From positions 9,021-73,020 of the forward strand of contig JBHLOC010000015.1 in the NCBI GenBank assembly GCA_048940925.1: a DNA stretch of 64,000 nucleotides, in the 5' to 3' direction. Made by a program: the position numbers and the translations under genes. Below the pieces are notes generated by a model. The model worked only from the letters and a program-made list of their open reading frames with translations. It searched no databases and was not told the DNA's origin. Within the stretch, counting starts at the first letter, position 1; every line of letters starts with the position of its first letter. Shown piece by piece: positions 37,444-47,357 of the stretch. Source of the stretch: Promethearchaeota archaeon (GTDB lineage Archaea; Asgardarchaeota; Lokiarchaeia; Sigyniarchaeales; SOKP01).

Positions 37444-39456
37444 CTAAGTATAAAATCTTTTATTATTAAAGTGCTGATTATTTTGTTTAATAGATTCTAA
37501 TTCATCTAAATTATGTTGTAAAGTTTGAATCTTCTTATCTATAAGATAAATTTCCTTGTTCAAATTTCTAAAAGTTCGAAAATAATCACTTTCAGATATC
37601 AAACCTTGGTCAAACTTCTTTTCGAGTTTTTTCAATGTTGTTTTAAGACCATAACGTTCTTTTTCAAATTCACTCATTTTTTTATGATTTTCTTTATCTA
37701 GCTTATAGAGCTTTCTTTTATTCCTAAATGATTTACTTGTTAAGATATCATCGGAATTGAAAAAAGAAGATAAGTGGTTTCTGTTAAATTCTTGGAATTG
37801 AGATTCCTCATTTGGTACCATAGGCTCTTCATTTAAATCTTGTATTTTCTCTAACTTTCTCATAATATTGTGTCGATTATTAATAACATTAAATTGGGTA
37901 TTATATCGATTATTAGGTTGAGGATTATAATTCTGAAATCTGGTTGGGTTGTAAAGATTTTGTATAAAAAATTTGCTCTGATGTTGGTTTTGGGGAATAT
38001 TTTGATTAAAATGATTTCGATAGTTATATAAAGACTCAGGAGATTGAATTATTTCTGGATAACTATATATATTTTCAGGAATAAATTGGTCATTTGGATA
38101 TGAAATCATAGGATTATATAGAATAGGTTGCCTAAAATTTTGGTTATATTGTGAAGTTATTTGAGGATTTATTTGAGGAGTAATATTTTGGCTTTGATTA
38201 GGTTGAAAATTAATACTTTGAGAAATAGGTTTTGTATAATTTTGAAGATTTCCATATCCTTTATTATATTGGCATTTTAAACTGAAAAAAGAATTAATAC
38301 TTTCTTCAATGAAATCTATCAATGTATTTAATTCGAGATCGATTTCCTGAAGATCTTTTGCAGATTTTTTATCATATATAGCAGTTTCATCAAAAGTTCT
38401 TGCCAAAAGAATATATTCAATTACTCTTTTAATTGCTTTTGGAGGGAGTGTAAATTCATATTTCCCATATTCAAACTCAATATACAATTTTTTGAATAGT
38501 TTGCCTTTTTCTTTAATCCGTATTAAATCTTTCACGGGGGCTTTAAAGCTTAATTCTACTTTATTTTTAATTAAACCAAATTCATGAACAAAAGATAAAT
38601 CGAAATTAGTAATAAATAAGATACCTTTTTCTTTCCTATATCTTTCTTCATTATTTAAACCATTAGCTAATCTAGCATGAATGGCATAAACAGGCTTTTC
38701 TTTCTCTGCTAAATTTAGATGTTTTTTAAATTGGTTAAAATAATATCCTATTTTATCAATGAATTTTAAATTTTTTTCAAATGATTCTGTAGTTTCATTA
38801 AAAATTTTAACATTATTTAATACAAAATCATTAATTGAATTATAGCTACGAAGAAGATTTTCAAAAATACCTTCAATAATAGTAATATTCGTGTTAGGTT
38901 GGGCATATATATCAAAGTAATATTCTTTATAAAGGACCAATTGATGAAAATGAGCACTTATTTTGTCGTATAAAGTATTCTGCACATATTGAAAGAGTTT
39001 AAATAGAGCTAATAGTTCTGATTCCATTTTTGGAAAATGATAATATTTAATGGGAGGTGCTCTTGCTTTTTGTATTTTTTGTTGATAATTATACAATGTA
39101 TTAAGAACTTCTCTTAATGGATTAACAAATAAACGTGAATTCTTAATTAATTCTAAAAAAGCTTTTTCTAGTTCTTCTTTTTTCTCATATATATTAATAA
39201 TTTTATGTGAGCCACATTTTGGGCATGATTTTAAAAGTTGGTGATCTTTAACAATATCTTCATTTCCGCAATCCTTACAAATTCTTGTTTTATCAGAATC
39301 AGCAACTTTGATATTTTTTGAATTACACTCTTGACAGCTATAAATTTCAACCTTTTTTTCATGTAGACAATCAGAGCAGCAGCTGGTTCCACATTCTTCA
39401 CAATAGTAAGCTAACTTCACATATCGTTGACAAAAACGACAAATTTGCTCTGACAT
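37444..39456 (-). CDS. Multidomain protein: Cys-rich Zn fingers + coiled region + PH-like domain + N/Q/P-rich linker + steadiness-box-like C-terminus
   Basis: Six CxxC pairs including CEECGTSCCSDC. EKEKPV...KGILFITNFDLSFV PH/GRAM-like pattern. Low-complexity linker. C-terminal LEKKFDQGLISESDYFRTFRNLNKEIY. Confidence 0.7.
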   Translation of the reverse strand: MSEQICRFCQRYVKLAYYCEECGTSCCSDCLHEKKVEIYSCQECNSKNIKVADSDKTRICKDCGNEDIVKDHQLLKSCPKCGSHKIINIYEKKEELEKAFLELIKNSRLFVNPLREVLNTLYNYQQKIQKARAPPIKYYHFPKMESELLALFKLFQYVQNTLYDKISAHFHQLVLYKEYYFDIYAQPNTNITIIEGIFENLLRSYNSINDFVLNNVKIFNETTESFEKNLKFIDKIGYYFNQFKKHLNLAEKEKPVYAIHARLANGLNNEERYRKEKGILFITNFDLSFVHEFGLIKNKVELSFKAPVKDLIRIKEKGKLFKKLYIEFEYGKYEFTLPPKAIKRVIEYILLARTFDETAIYDKKSAKDLQEIDLELNTLIDFIEESINSFFSLKCQYNKGYGNLQNYTKPISQSINFQPNQSQNITPQINPQITSQYNQNFRQPILYNPMISYPNDQFIPENIYSYPEIIQSPESLYNYRNHFNQNIPQNQHQSKFFIQNLYNPTRFQNYNPQPNNRYNTQFNVINNRHNIMRKLEKIQDLNEEPMVPNEESQFQEFNRNHLSSFFNSDDILTSKSFRNKRKLYKLDKENHKKMSEFEKERYGLKTTLKKLEKKFDQGLISESDYFRTFRNLNKEIYLIDKKIQTLQHNLDELESIKQNNQHFNNKRFYT

Positions 39457-39615
39457 TATTTTAATTTAAACCCAACCTAAGAAGATAAAAATTCGTTTAA
39501 AATCGCGTTATCAGAAGAATAAGAAATACTAAGACATAAAAAAAGTTATATTATTCTCGTATCATGTAATATCCAGATATGGTGAGAGAGAAAAATAGAT
39601 TTGATTCTTAAAAAG

Positions 39616-39909
39616 TTATTTTATTATTTTTACTTTTTTCCCTAAAGCTTGACCAGGAACTCCTGCTTTTTTAAAATGAGCTCTTACCGCACCATTATTT
39701 CCGTGGGAACGTGTAATTACACCTTTTAATTCCTTACCTGAAGGTGTATTCCAAACAACAGTCCTTCCAATAAGTCTATTTGCCTCTTTTCTAGTTTTTA
39801 TATTTTGAAAGACTAAAATACAGTGTTTTGGATGTAGTGTATGACGCCCCCGTTTATAATTTGAAATAACACCCTCCATACCCAGAATATCTAACTTATT
39901 AAACGACAT
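39616..39909 (-). CDS. rpl35ae: 50S ribosomal protein L35Ae
   Basis: YKRGRHT, GVITRSHGNNGAVRAHF and PGQALG. Confidence 0.95.
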   Translation of the reverse strand: MSFNKLDILGMEGVISNYKRGRHTLHPKHCILVFQNIKTRKEANRLIGRTVVWNTPSGKELKGVITRSHGNNGAVRAHFKKAGVPGQALGKKVKIIK

Positions 39910-40081
39910 AGATGAATAACCTGCATATTTTCCAGTTTACAGAATTAATAGGAAAAATACTCCAAAATTATTAAGTTTTTTCGATTATATTGCTACTTAT
40001 ATATAAATTGGTTTAAAATTAATATTTCTCTAACATCTTAATAAAAAACTTTTTTGACCTTATCAAGTTTAATATAAATTA

Positions 40082-41485
40082 ATGAGAGTAGCTTTTAGTA
40101 AAATTAAACTTACGCCTAAAAATTACGTTGGAATGCCATTAGCAGGTTATACAAGGAAAGATCCTTGTTTAGGAAAATTAGATGATATCTATGCTTATGC
40201 GGTCTTGATTGATCAATCATCAAAATCTAATAAAAATAATATATTATTATTAATTTCAATAGATACTTTAAAGATACCCTTGTCGATTGCGAAATATGTT
40301 AAAGCAAAAATCTGTTCTAACCATTCTAGATTAGATTCTGAGCATATTTTAATACACGCTACTCATACTCATGCCTCTTTCGATCTAACTGGTGAGTTTT
40401 TTTGGCCAGGAGGTACTTTTAATGTGATGAAAGGTATAATGTTTGGGGCAAATAGGAATGAGAGATATATAGTATGGTTTGCTAGAAAGATTACTAAAAT
40501 GGTCGATGAATTATTTAATAAGCTAAATCCATGCATTATTGCTTCGAAGAAGGAAGAATTTAATCCAGATATTGTAATAAATAGGAGACATCCCATAAGC
40601 CATCCAAGACCTCACTTAGGTGTTATAACATTCAGAAGTTTAGATACAAAAGAATTGATTGGTATTATCATTAATTATGCTTGTCATCCTACAACTCTAT
40701 CCTATAAAAATAACAAATTATCAGCGGATTATCCTGGACAAATAATTCATAAAATAGATGAATTAACGAATCGTAGAATTAATACTATTTATTTTAATGG
40801 ACCATCGGGAGATTTAAATCCTATAACTACATGTGGGATAGATTATCCAAAATTAGAAGTTGATAAATCTCTTATATACAATCAACTTGGGACTTATGAA
40901 GATACAATTAGAATAGGAAATTCTATAGCAGAAGCTGCCTTAAAATTAGCTAATAATATTCCAGAAGAAGATTATTTTGATAGTATTGAAATTCAACCCT
41001 ATACAAACTATATCTGGATTCCAATGAAAGATTATAAATATTTTTCGAAAATATGGTTAAAAAACAAGCTAATTTATGTGCTCAAGAAATATTTCTTATT
41101 ATTGGTTGCCAGAGTTAATATACTCAATTCAAATTTCCCAATCTTTATTTTAAATAAGAAGCACTTTGGGATAAAATGTAAAACTCTGATTCAATATATA
41201 AAAATTAAAATAAACAATAAATCCAAATCTAAATATTTTAGTATAATGACCATTCCAGGGGAACTATTTGAAGATATAGGTAAGTTTTTATATAAATATT
41301 CAATTACAGGAAAAAACAATACATACATTTTTCAAAATACTCAGGATTGGATTGCATATTTTTTTCCATTAAAAGAGTATGTCAATGAGGGGGGTTATGA
41401 ACCAATACCGAGTTTTAGCCCAATTTGTGGGCATTATATAAGAAATGAAATGAAAAACCTCATAGATAATATAAAAAATATATAA
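40082..41485 (+). CDS. Neutral/alkaline ceramidase-like amidohydrolase
   Basis: ATHTHAS, NYACHPT, SADYPG, GPSGD, PGELF and EGGYE motifs. Confidence 0.82.
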   Translation: MRVAFSKIKLTPKNYVGMPLAGYTRKDPCLGKLDDIYAYAVLIDQSSKSNKNNILLLISIDTLKIPLSIAKYVKAKICSNHSRLDSEHILIHATHTHASFDLTGEFFWPGGTFNVMKGIMFGANRNERYIVWFARKITKMVDELFNKLNPCIIASKKEEFNPDIVINRRHPISHPRPHLGVITFRSLDTKELIGIIINYACHPTTLSYKNNKLSADYPGQIIHKIDELTNRRINTIYFNGPSGDLNPITTCGIDYPKLEVDKSLIYNQLGTYEDTIRIGNSIAEAALKLANNIPEEDYFDSIEIQPYTNYIWIPMKDYKYFSKIWLKNKLIYVLKKYFLLLVARVNILNSNFPIFILNKKHFGIKCKTLIQYIKIKINNKSKSKYFSIMTIPGELFEDIGKFLYKYSITGKNNTYIFQNTQDWIAYFFPLKEYVNEGGYEPIPSFSPICGHYIRNEMKNLIDNIKNI

Positions 41486-41493
41486 TTTTTAAA

Positions 41494-42660
41494 CTATTGA
41501 ATAATATCTTCAGCTTCCTTCCAAGCCTTTTGATTAATCTTATGTAATTTAGTGATAACGTCTTTTTCGTTAAAATTAGATTCTTGATGTATTATTCTCT
41601 CTACTTTAGATATTAACTCAGATTCTAACCTTCTTATGTTAGGGATGTTTTTACTTGATTTTGATTTATAATGCTTATACCAAAGCCATTCTGGATCAAT
41701 ATTGCCATATGGACCTGGTTTATTATACTTCTGTCCTTCTACGGGAAAAATGTAAGGTTTGTAGATGCTAAGACATGGTAATGTGGTTCCAGTAAACCAA
41801 TGTATTGATTGTTTTTCTTTCCTTAGATGGGAAACTTGAGAACCTGTGGATTCAAATCCTCCATGCATACAAATTCCTGCATCATGTTCTCTAAGAAAAT
41901 TCATCATCATTTCTGGAGTTATGTTTCCTTCATTTTCATTCAAGAGTAGCATACTTTTGCCACCTCGAGATAATGGAGTTGATCTGTCAGGGATATAAGA
42001 TCCTGAAAAAGATACTGCGAAATCAAAATCATTATCATCTTTACAATAACCTTTTTCTATGGCATATTGGATAATCCCCTTTCTACGCATGTCGCCTATT
42101 CCTCTGATTGTAATTCTATTTGATATAGACCTTACATTTTTTACTTTTTCAGTAATCCACCACACGTCGGCAGCTTCTAATACATAGGCTTCTTCTGGAT
42201 CTGCAATTAAAAATGAATTATGATACATCCAACTTGGATCGTCATATGCACACCCTCCACCTTGTCCAAATTTTTCTAATAAATCGATAATTATCTCCAT
42301 CGCTTCTCTTGCAGTTCTACCTCTCTCAAGACCTAACCTTACTAAATCCATTCCTAATAATCCAATATTTCTTAAAGGTTCATATGTATAAACTGCTTCA
42401 TTTCCAATTACAACACCATGTTCATTAGCACCCATTTCTGCGCCCCACATCCACCATGGTTGACTAATTAAGACTGCAGCAGTTTCAGATACTTGAGGAA
42501 TTAATATATATGTGCATTTTACTTCTTCTTTTACTGAATGCTTAGTTCTTGGGGCATAGGTTATCAATTGAACTTCATTTGAAGGGCGATCTGAATTTTT
42601 ACCAAAAACTACACTTCCATCCTTAGTTGAATTTCCAAACGCAACGAGAGTGTCACACAT
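41494..42660 (-). CDS. Peptidase C69/secernin-like Ntn-hydrolase
   Basis: N-terminal MCDT nucleophile, FGKNSDR, WMWGAEMGANE and LLGMDLVRLGLER. Confidence 0.9.
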   Translation of the reverse strand: MCDTLVAFGNSTKDGSVVFGKNSDRPSNEVQLITYAPRTKHSVKEEVKCTYILIPQVSETAAVLISQPWWMWGAEMGANEHGVVIGNEAVYTYEPLRNIGLLGMDLVRLGLERGRTAREAMEIIIDLLEKFGQGGGCAYDDPSWMYHNSFLIADPEEAYVLEAADVWWITEKVKNVRSISNRITIRGIGDMRRKGIIQYAIEKGYCKDDNDFDFAVSFSGSYIPDRSTPLSRGGKSMLLLNENEGNITPEMMMNFLREHDAGICMHGGFESTGSQVSHLRKEKQSIHWFTGTTLPCLSIYKPYIFPVEGQKYNKPGPYGNIDPEWLWYKHYKSKSSKNIPNIRRLESELISKVERIIHQESNFNEKDVITKLHKINQKAWKEAEDIIQ

Positions 42661-43866
42661 TTATTTGATTAATTCCTCTGCTTTATTCCATCCATAATCA
42701 TTAACCATTCTAATAAATTTATTGAATTCATTTTCTGAGATACTATCTTCCTTATTAATTATATCATCTACACGTCTTAATAATTCATTCTCTACACTTC
42801 TTAACTTACTATAATAATTATTCCTCTCAGGAATATCTTTTTTAGGTCGTTTTTTTAAGATATTAATATATTCAAAGTGCTTTATCCAAAACCAATCCGG
42901 ATCTTTAGATAAATAAGGCCCAGAGTCCATAATATATTGTTCTTCTACTGGAAAAGCATAGGGTTTATAAATACTTAGGCATGGAATGGTACTACCTGTA
43001 AACCAATGTATAGATTTCTTATCGTTTTTTCTCAAAAGAGAAACTTGAGATCCTACTGATTGATCTTTTCGAGTATGTCTGCATATTCCAACTTCATGAT
43101 CTCTTAAAAACTCCATCATCATACCTACTGTAATTTTTCCTTTATTAGATGATAATTGATGCAATGAACAACCATCTCTATCAGTTATAGGGAAAGTCTC
43201 TGGAAGAGGAGAAGGAGAAAAGATCATTTTAAAGTCAAAATCATTTTCATCCTTACAATATCCCTTTTCAACGGCATGTTGGATAATTCCTTCTCTTCTC
43301 TCATCTCCTTTACCTCTTATGGATATATGATTCGATATAGAACGATATTCATTGACTAATTCCATAATCCACCAATCTCCTGCGGTTTCTAGCACATAAG
43401 CTTCTGTTGGATCTGCTATAATATATGAATTATGGTAATTCCACTGATCCAAGCTATGAAAACCACCTTGCCCATATTTTTCTATCAAATCAGTTATTAC
43501 ATTTAAAGCTTCTTTTGCGGTTTTACTTCTTTCTAATCCTAGTCTAAGAAGATCCATACCAATGAGGCCTATTTCTTTCAAAGGTTCTTTTGTTTGTACT
43601 GATTCGTTGCCTATAGCAACATTATACTCATTGACACCCATTTCTGCACCCCACATCCAATAAGGTTGACTTAAAATAATAGCGGTAGTCTCGGTTTCTT
43701 GAGGAATAGTAATATGAGTACACTTTACCTCTTCCCCTAGGGCAAATGTTCTTCGGGGAACATATGTCAATAATTGGATCTCTGATTCAGGACGATCACT
43801 ATTTTTACCAAAAATTACATTTCCACCTTTAGACCAATTTCCTAAACTAACGTAAGTGTCACACAT
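42661..43866 (-). CDS. Peptidase C69/secernin-like Ntn-hydrolase (tandem paralog)
   Basis: MCDT, FGKNSDR, WMWGAEMGVNE and GMDLLRLGLER. Its stop abuts the next ATG. Confidence 0.9.
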   Translation of the reverse strand: MCDTYVSLGNWSKGGNVIFGKNSDRPESEIQLLTYVPRRTFALGEEVKCTHITIPQETETTAIILSQPYWMWGAEMGVNEYNVAIGNESVQTKEPLKEIGLIGMDLLRLGLERSKTAKEALNVITDLIEKYGQGGFHSLDQWNYHNSYIIADPTEAYVLETAGDWWIMELVNEYRSISNHISIRGKGDERREGIIQHAVEKGYCKDENDFDFKMIFSPSPLPETFPITDRDGCSLHQLSSNKGKITVGMMMEFLRDHEVGICRHTRKDQSVGSQVSLLRKNDKKSIHWFTGSTIPCLSIYKPYAFPVEEQYIMDSGPYLSKDPDWFWIKHFEYINILKKRPKKDIPERNNYYSKLRSVENELLRRVDDIINKEDSISENEFNKFIRMVNDYGWNKAEELIK

Positions 43867-44218
43867 GTTTTCTAATTAATTTTTTATGAATAAAGTTAAA
43901 ATAAAATCATATTTATAACTTTTTTTTAAGTAAGATATAGTATTTTTAAATTTAGCAATTTATATAATTAAAGGATAAAATTTTAAATAATTTTTAATAA
44001 GAAAACTAAGTTAAAATAATTTTAAGTTAACTTAAATTAAATAATAGTAAAAGTATGTAACATCAAATCTTTTTGTCGTATTTGATTCATACAAATTCGT
44101 TTTTAATTAAGTTTTAATAAAATTCTTATTTAAAAGAATTAGATTAAATTGTACTATGATCTTTGATATATGATTTTTTATCTGCTGAATAGAGTCATTT
44201 TAAAATAATTGAATTAAA

Positions 44219-46030
44219 TTGGTGGAGATTATAGACAATATTTGGATATTTACATTTGAATATGCGGGAATTGCAAAAGTGGGGGGTCTTGGAGAAGTTC
44301 CTGCAAATCAAGCAAAACAGCTTGCTAGTGATTTAAATATCACTGTATTTATTCCTTCTCATGGACAAATTGATCGGTTAAGAAAAAAATACAACCTTGA
44401 AAAATTACCCTTCAATTGTGTTGGACAAATTAACCCTTTAATTTTTGGCATTAATGAACCAGAAGAAAATTACAATATATCATTTTTTAAATTAAGAATA
44501 AATAAGATTAACATCATTTTATTATCTGGTGATAACATATTTACACGTAGATTTTTAGATGACACTATTGTTTACAACCCAGACACGCTTGATGGGAAGA
44601 TTTGTCTTTTCAGTATTGGAATGTGTTGTTTCATTGATTATCTTATTGATTCTCATAAATCTGATTTACCAAATATAATACATTTGCATGATTATCATAC
44701 TGTTATACCATTCATTGGATTAAAGCAAAGATTAATTAAAAATGGTCTAGATGTAGCTTCAATTATTACAATTCATTTATTAACTTGGCCAAGATATAAT
44801 ATTGATTTTTATTATGCTTGTGGAATTGATCAAACTCCAATAACTATTCTTTTAATAGAAGGAATAAAATCCTTAACTTTAAATGAAATTTTCATAATTC
44901 ATCAAAATTTAAATCTTTACAATGATGCGTATCAAAATCCTACAGTTGAACAAATTGGTACAATTGTTTGTGATTTAGTCACTACAGTAAGCCAATCCTA
45001 TTTAATCTCCCATATTATTCCTAACTGCGGAAAGAATTTAATTGAATTTAAATCTGATTTTGTTTGGGATGGTTGTGATTGGGATTTTGAAGAAATGTAT
45101 CAAAATGTTAACCAAGTTATGGGATATGAAATACGGGATGTGTTAAAGCTCCCATCTCAACAAATTCTTTCTAGATCTAATTTAAAAGAATATTTACTTA
45201 CCTATAAAATTAGTAATTTAAGCCAAAGTCCATTAATTAACTCAGCTAAAGTATTAGCGACTATTAATGAAATTTCAAATGGAAATCCTTTCATAAAAAA
45301 TGGAATAGTAAAACCCTTTTCTGATTCAGGACCATTAGTTATTACTACAGGAAGAATATCTCCTCAAAAGGGTTTTGATATTGTGTTTAAAGCTGTCCCA
45401 AAGATTTTGGAGGTTGTACCTAATGCGAAATTTCTTTTTCTAATATTACCTACTGAATATAGCTTGAAGGAAATTAGAGAGTTTTCTTATTACGTAAAAA
45501 AATATCCTAACAATATTAGAATTATTTTTGGGGTTGCTTCTGAAATCTTTAACTTAGCACATTTAGCTGCAGATGTCTACTGTGCATTATCAAGATGGGA
45601 ACCTTTTGGTATTATGGCCCTAGAAGCTATGGCGTCAAAACTTCCAATAATTGCGACTAAGGTTGGAGGACTCCAAGAAACTATAATTGATATGAGGATC
45701 TATCCTGAAATTGGAACGGGTATTTTAATAGATAAAGATAATGTTTTACAATTTTCTGATGCATTAATTTCACTTTTTAAAGCATTAGAAGTTGCTGATA
45801 GAGTAGAAACTTCTGAGATTCATACGGTTTATGATGCTGAAACTTTAAAAATTGTAAATCAAATTCCAGATGATATTATTAAATCTCGTGTTTTGATTGA
45901 TGCTAACTATTTTTATAAGATAAGAGAAAATTGTATCAAAAGAGTAAAAAATAATTTCACATGGAAAAACGTTTCAAAAAAATTAATTGAGCTATATTCC
46001 AAAATACAGAAGATTCATAATCTCGCATAA
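44219..46030 (+). CDS. glgA: Glycogen synthase-like glycosyltransferase (GT5)
   Basis: KVGGLG nucleotide-sugar motif, HLHDYH, TIH, GRISPQKG, SRWEPFG and VGGLQET. Confidence 0.88.
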   Translation: MVEIIDNIWIFTFEYAGIAKVGGLGEVPANQAKQLASDLNITVFIPSHGQIDRLRKKYNLEKLPFNCVGQINPLIFGINEPEENYNISFFKLRINKINIILLSGDNIFTRRFLDDTIVYNPDTLDGKICLFSIGMCCFIDYLIDSHKSDLPNIIHLHDYHTVIPFIGLKQRLIKNGLDVASIITIHLLTWPRYNIDFYYACGIDQTPITILLIEGIKSLTLNEIFIIHQNLNLYNDAYQNPTVEQIGTIVCDLVTTVSQSYLISHIIPNCGKNLIEFKSDFVWDGCDWDFEEMYQNVNQVMGYEIRDVLKLPSQQILSRSNLKEYLLTYKISNLSQSPLINSAKVLATINEISNGNPFIKNGIVKPFSDSGPLVITTGRISPQKGFDIVFKAVPKILEVVPNAKFLFLILPTEYSLKEIREFSYYVKKYPNNIRIIFGVASEIFNLAHLAADVYCALSRWEPFGIMALEAMASKLPIIATKVGGLQETIIDMRIYPEIGTGILIDKDNVLQFSDALISLFKALEVADRVETSEIHTVYDAETLKIVNQIPDDIIKSRVLIDANYFYKIRENCIKRVKNNFTWKNVSKKLIELYSKIQKIHNLA

Positions 46031-46044
46031 ATCGAGGGAAATTC

Positions 46045-47238
46045 TTGATTCTGGCAAAAAAATCAGTAGTTCTTATTTTAATTTCTGTTCTTACTTATGG
46101 TACTGCTGCTATGGCTATGGTGTATTATCTTCCTAAATATCTTTTAAATCTTGGATTTAGCATTCCCATAGTACAACTTGTAATTACAATTTACCCACTC
46201 AGTATGATCTTTTTACCTCAACTTTTAGGAAAATATTCTGATAAAATACAAAAGAGATATATTTTTTTTGTAAGTGGTTCTATTGGTTTGAGCTTATTTT
46301 ATTTATCTTTAATGTTTACAGAAAACTTAATTTTAATAACAATTATCTTAGTTTTCTATGGCATGTGCGGTGCGTCTTATAGATTAAACTTCACATTGTA
46401 CCAAGAATTGACATTAAATAATCCTAAATATGTTACTTATTACAATGCGATAACTGTAGCAGGTTGGTTTCTTGGGTCTCAATTTGGAGGAATATTTATC
46501 GATATATATGGTGTGTCACATATTTTTAAATTTCTTCTTAGCATTTCATTAATTAATCTCCTAATAACTGTTTTTATTAGAGATAATCGAGATATTATAT
46601 TGAAGCATTATAATAATGAAGTAATCAAAGATTTAATTGTTAATGAAACATATAATATTGAAAAAGAAAACTCTATTTCAAAATCTATTTATTTTGCTCT
46701 TTTTTTTCGGCATTTTGGTGTGAGACCAATTATTATAATATTAGCAGTTCTAATGGCTTTTCATATAAGCAGTGATACAGAGATTGGATTCTTATTGGGT
46801 TTTAATCCTTTGCTTCAATTTTTTCTTATGCTTTTAACAGGGAAAATTATTACAAATAAAAATCAGAAATATATCATGATGACTGGATTTGTTTTAAGTA
46901 CTTTAGCTTTATTTGTCTATACACTAGCTAGTGATTTTTTGGGTTTTTTCATAGGACAAATTCTAATATCATGTTCATATGCTTTTTTTTGGAATGCTAT
47001 ACAAATTTACATTGCCAGAAGAACTAATCCAACGAATAAGGGTAAATATGTGGGATATGCAAATTCTAGTTTTTTCTCAGGAGGATTTTTAGGAGGATTA
47101 TTTTTCAGCTTTTTATTATTTATCAATCCTAATTATTATGCTTTTATATGGATAATGATGATTTTTCCATTATTATCTGCTCTAAGTATCTTTACAAAAT
47201 TTAAAAGTGAAGAGTCTGTTGAACTTAGAATAGTTTAA
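46045..47238 (+). CDS. MFS transporter
   Basis: 12-TM pattern with GKYSDKIQKR motif A. Confidence 0.85.
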   Translation: MILAKKSVVLILISVLTYGTAAMAMVYYLPKYLLNLGFSIPIVQLVITIYPLSMIFLPQLLGKYSDKIQKRYIFFVSGSIGLSLFYLSLMFTENLILITIILVFYGMCGASYRLNFTLYQELTLNNPKYVTYYNAITVAGWFLGSQFGGIFIDIYGVSHIFKFLLSISLINLLITVFIRDNRDIILKHYNNEVIKDLIVNETYNIEKENSISKSIYFALFFRHFGVRPIIIILAVLMAFHISSDTEIGFLLGFNPLLQFFLMLLTGKIITNKNQKYIMMTGFVLSTLALFVYTLASDFLGFFIGQILISCSYAFFWNAIQIYIARRTNPTNKGKYVGYANSSFFSGGFLGGLFFSFLLFINPNYYAFIWIMMIFPLLSALSIFTKFKSEESVELRIV

Positions 47239-47357
47239 TATGTTAAAAAGTTCCATTGATCATAATTGAACTCCTTTTTTAAGAGAAAAAATAATTAAGT
47301 ATTTAAATATTTTAGATGATATTTTAAAAAAACTATATTGAATTTCGGTTTTTAGAA

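Noticed and set aside
44021-44036. Perfect 16-bp palindrome TTTAAGTTAACTTAAA between divergent genes
   Set aside because: Almost entirely A/T in a very AT-rich spacer, so chance occurrence is plausible. No supporting context.
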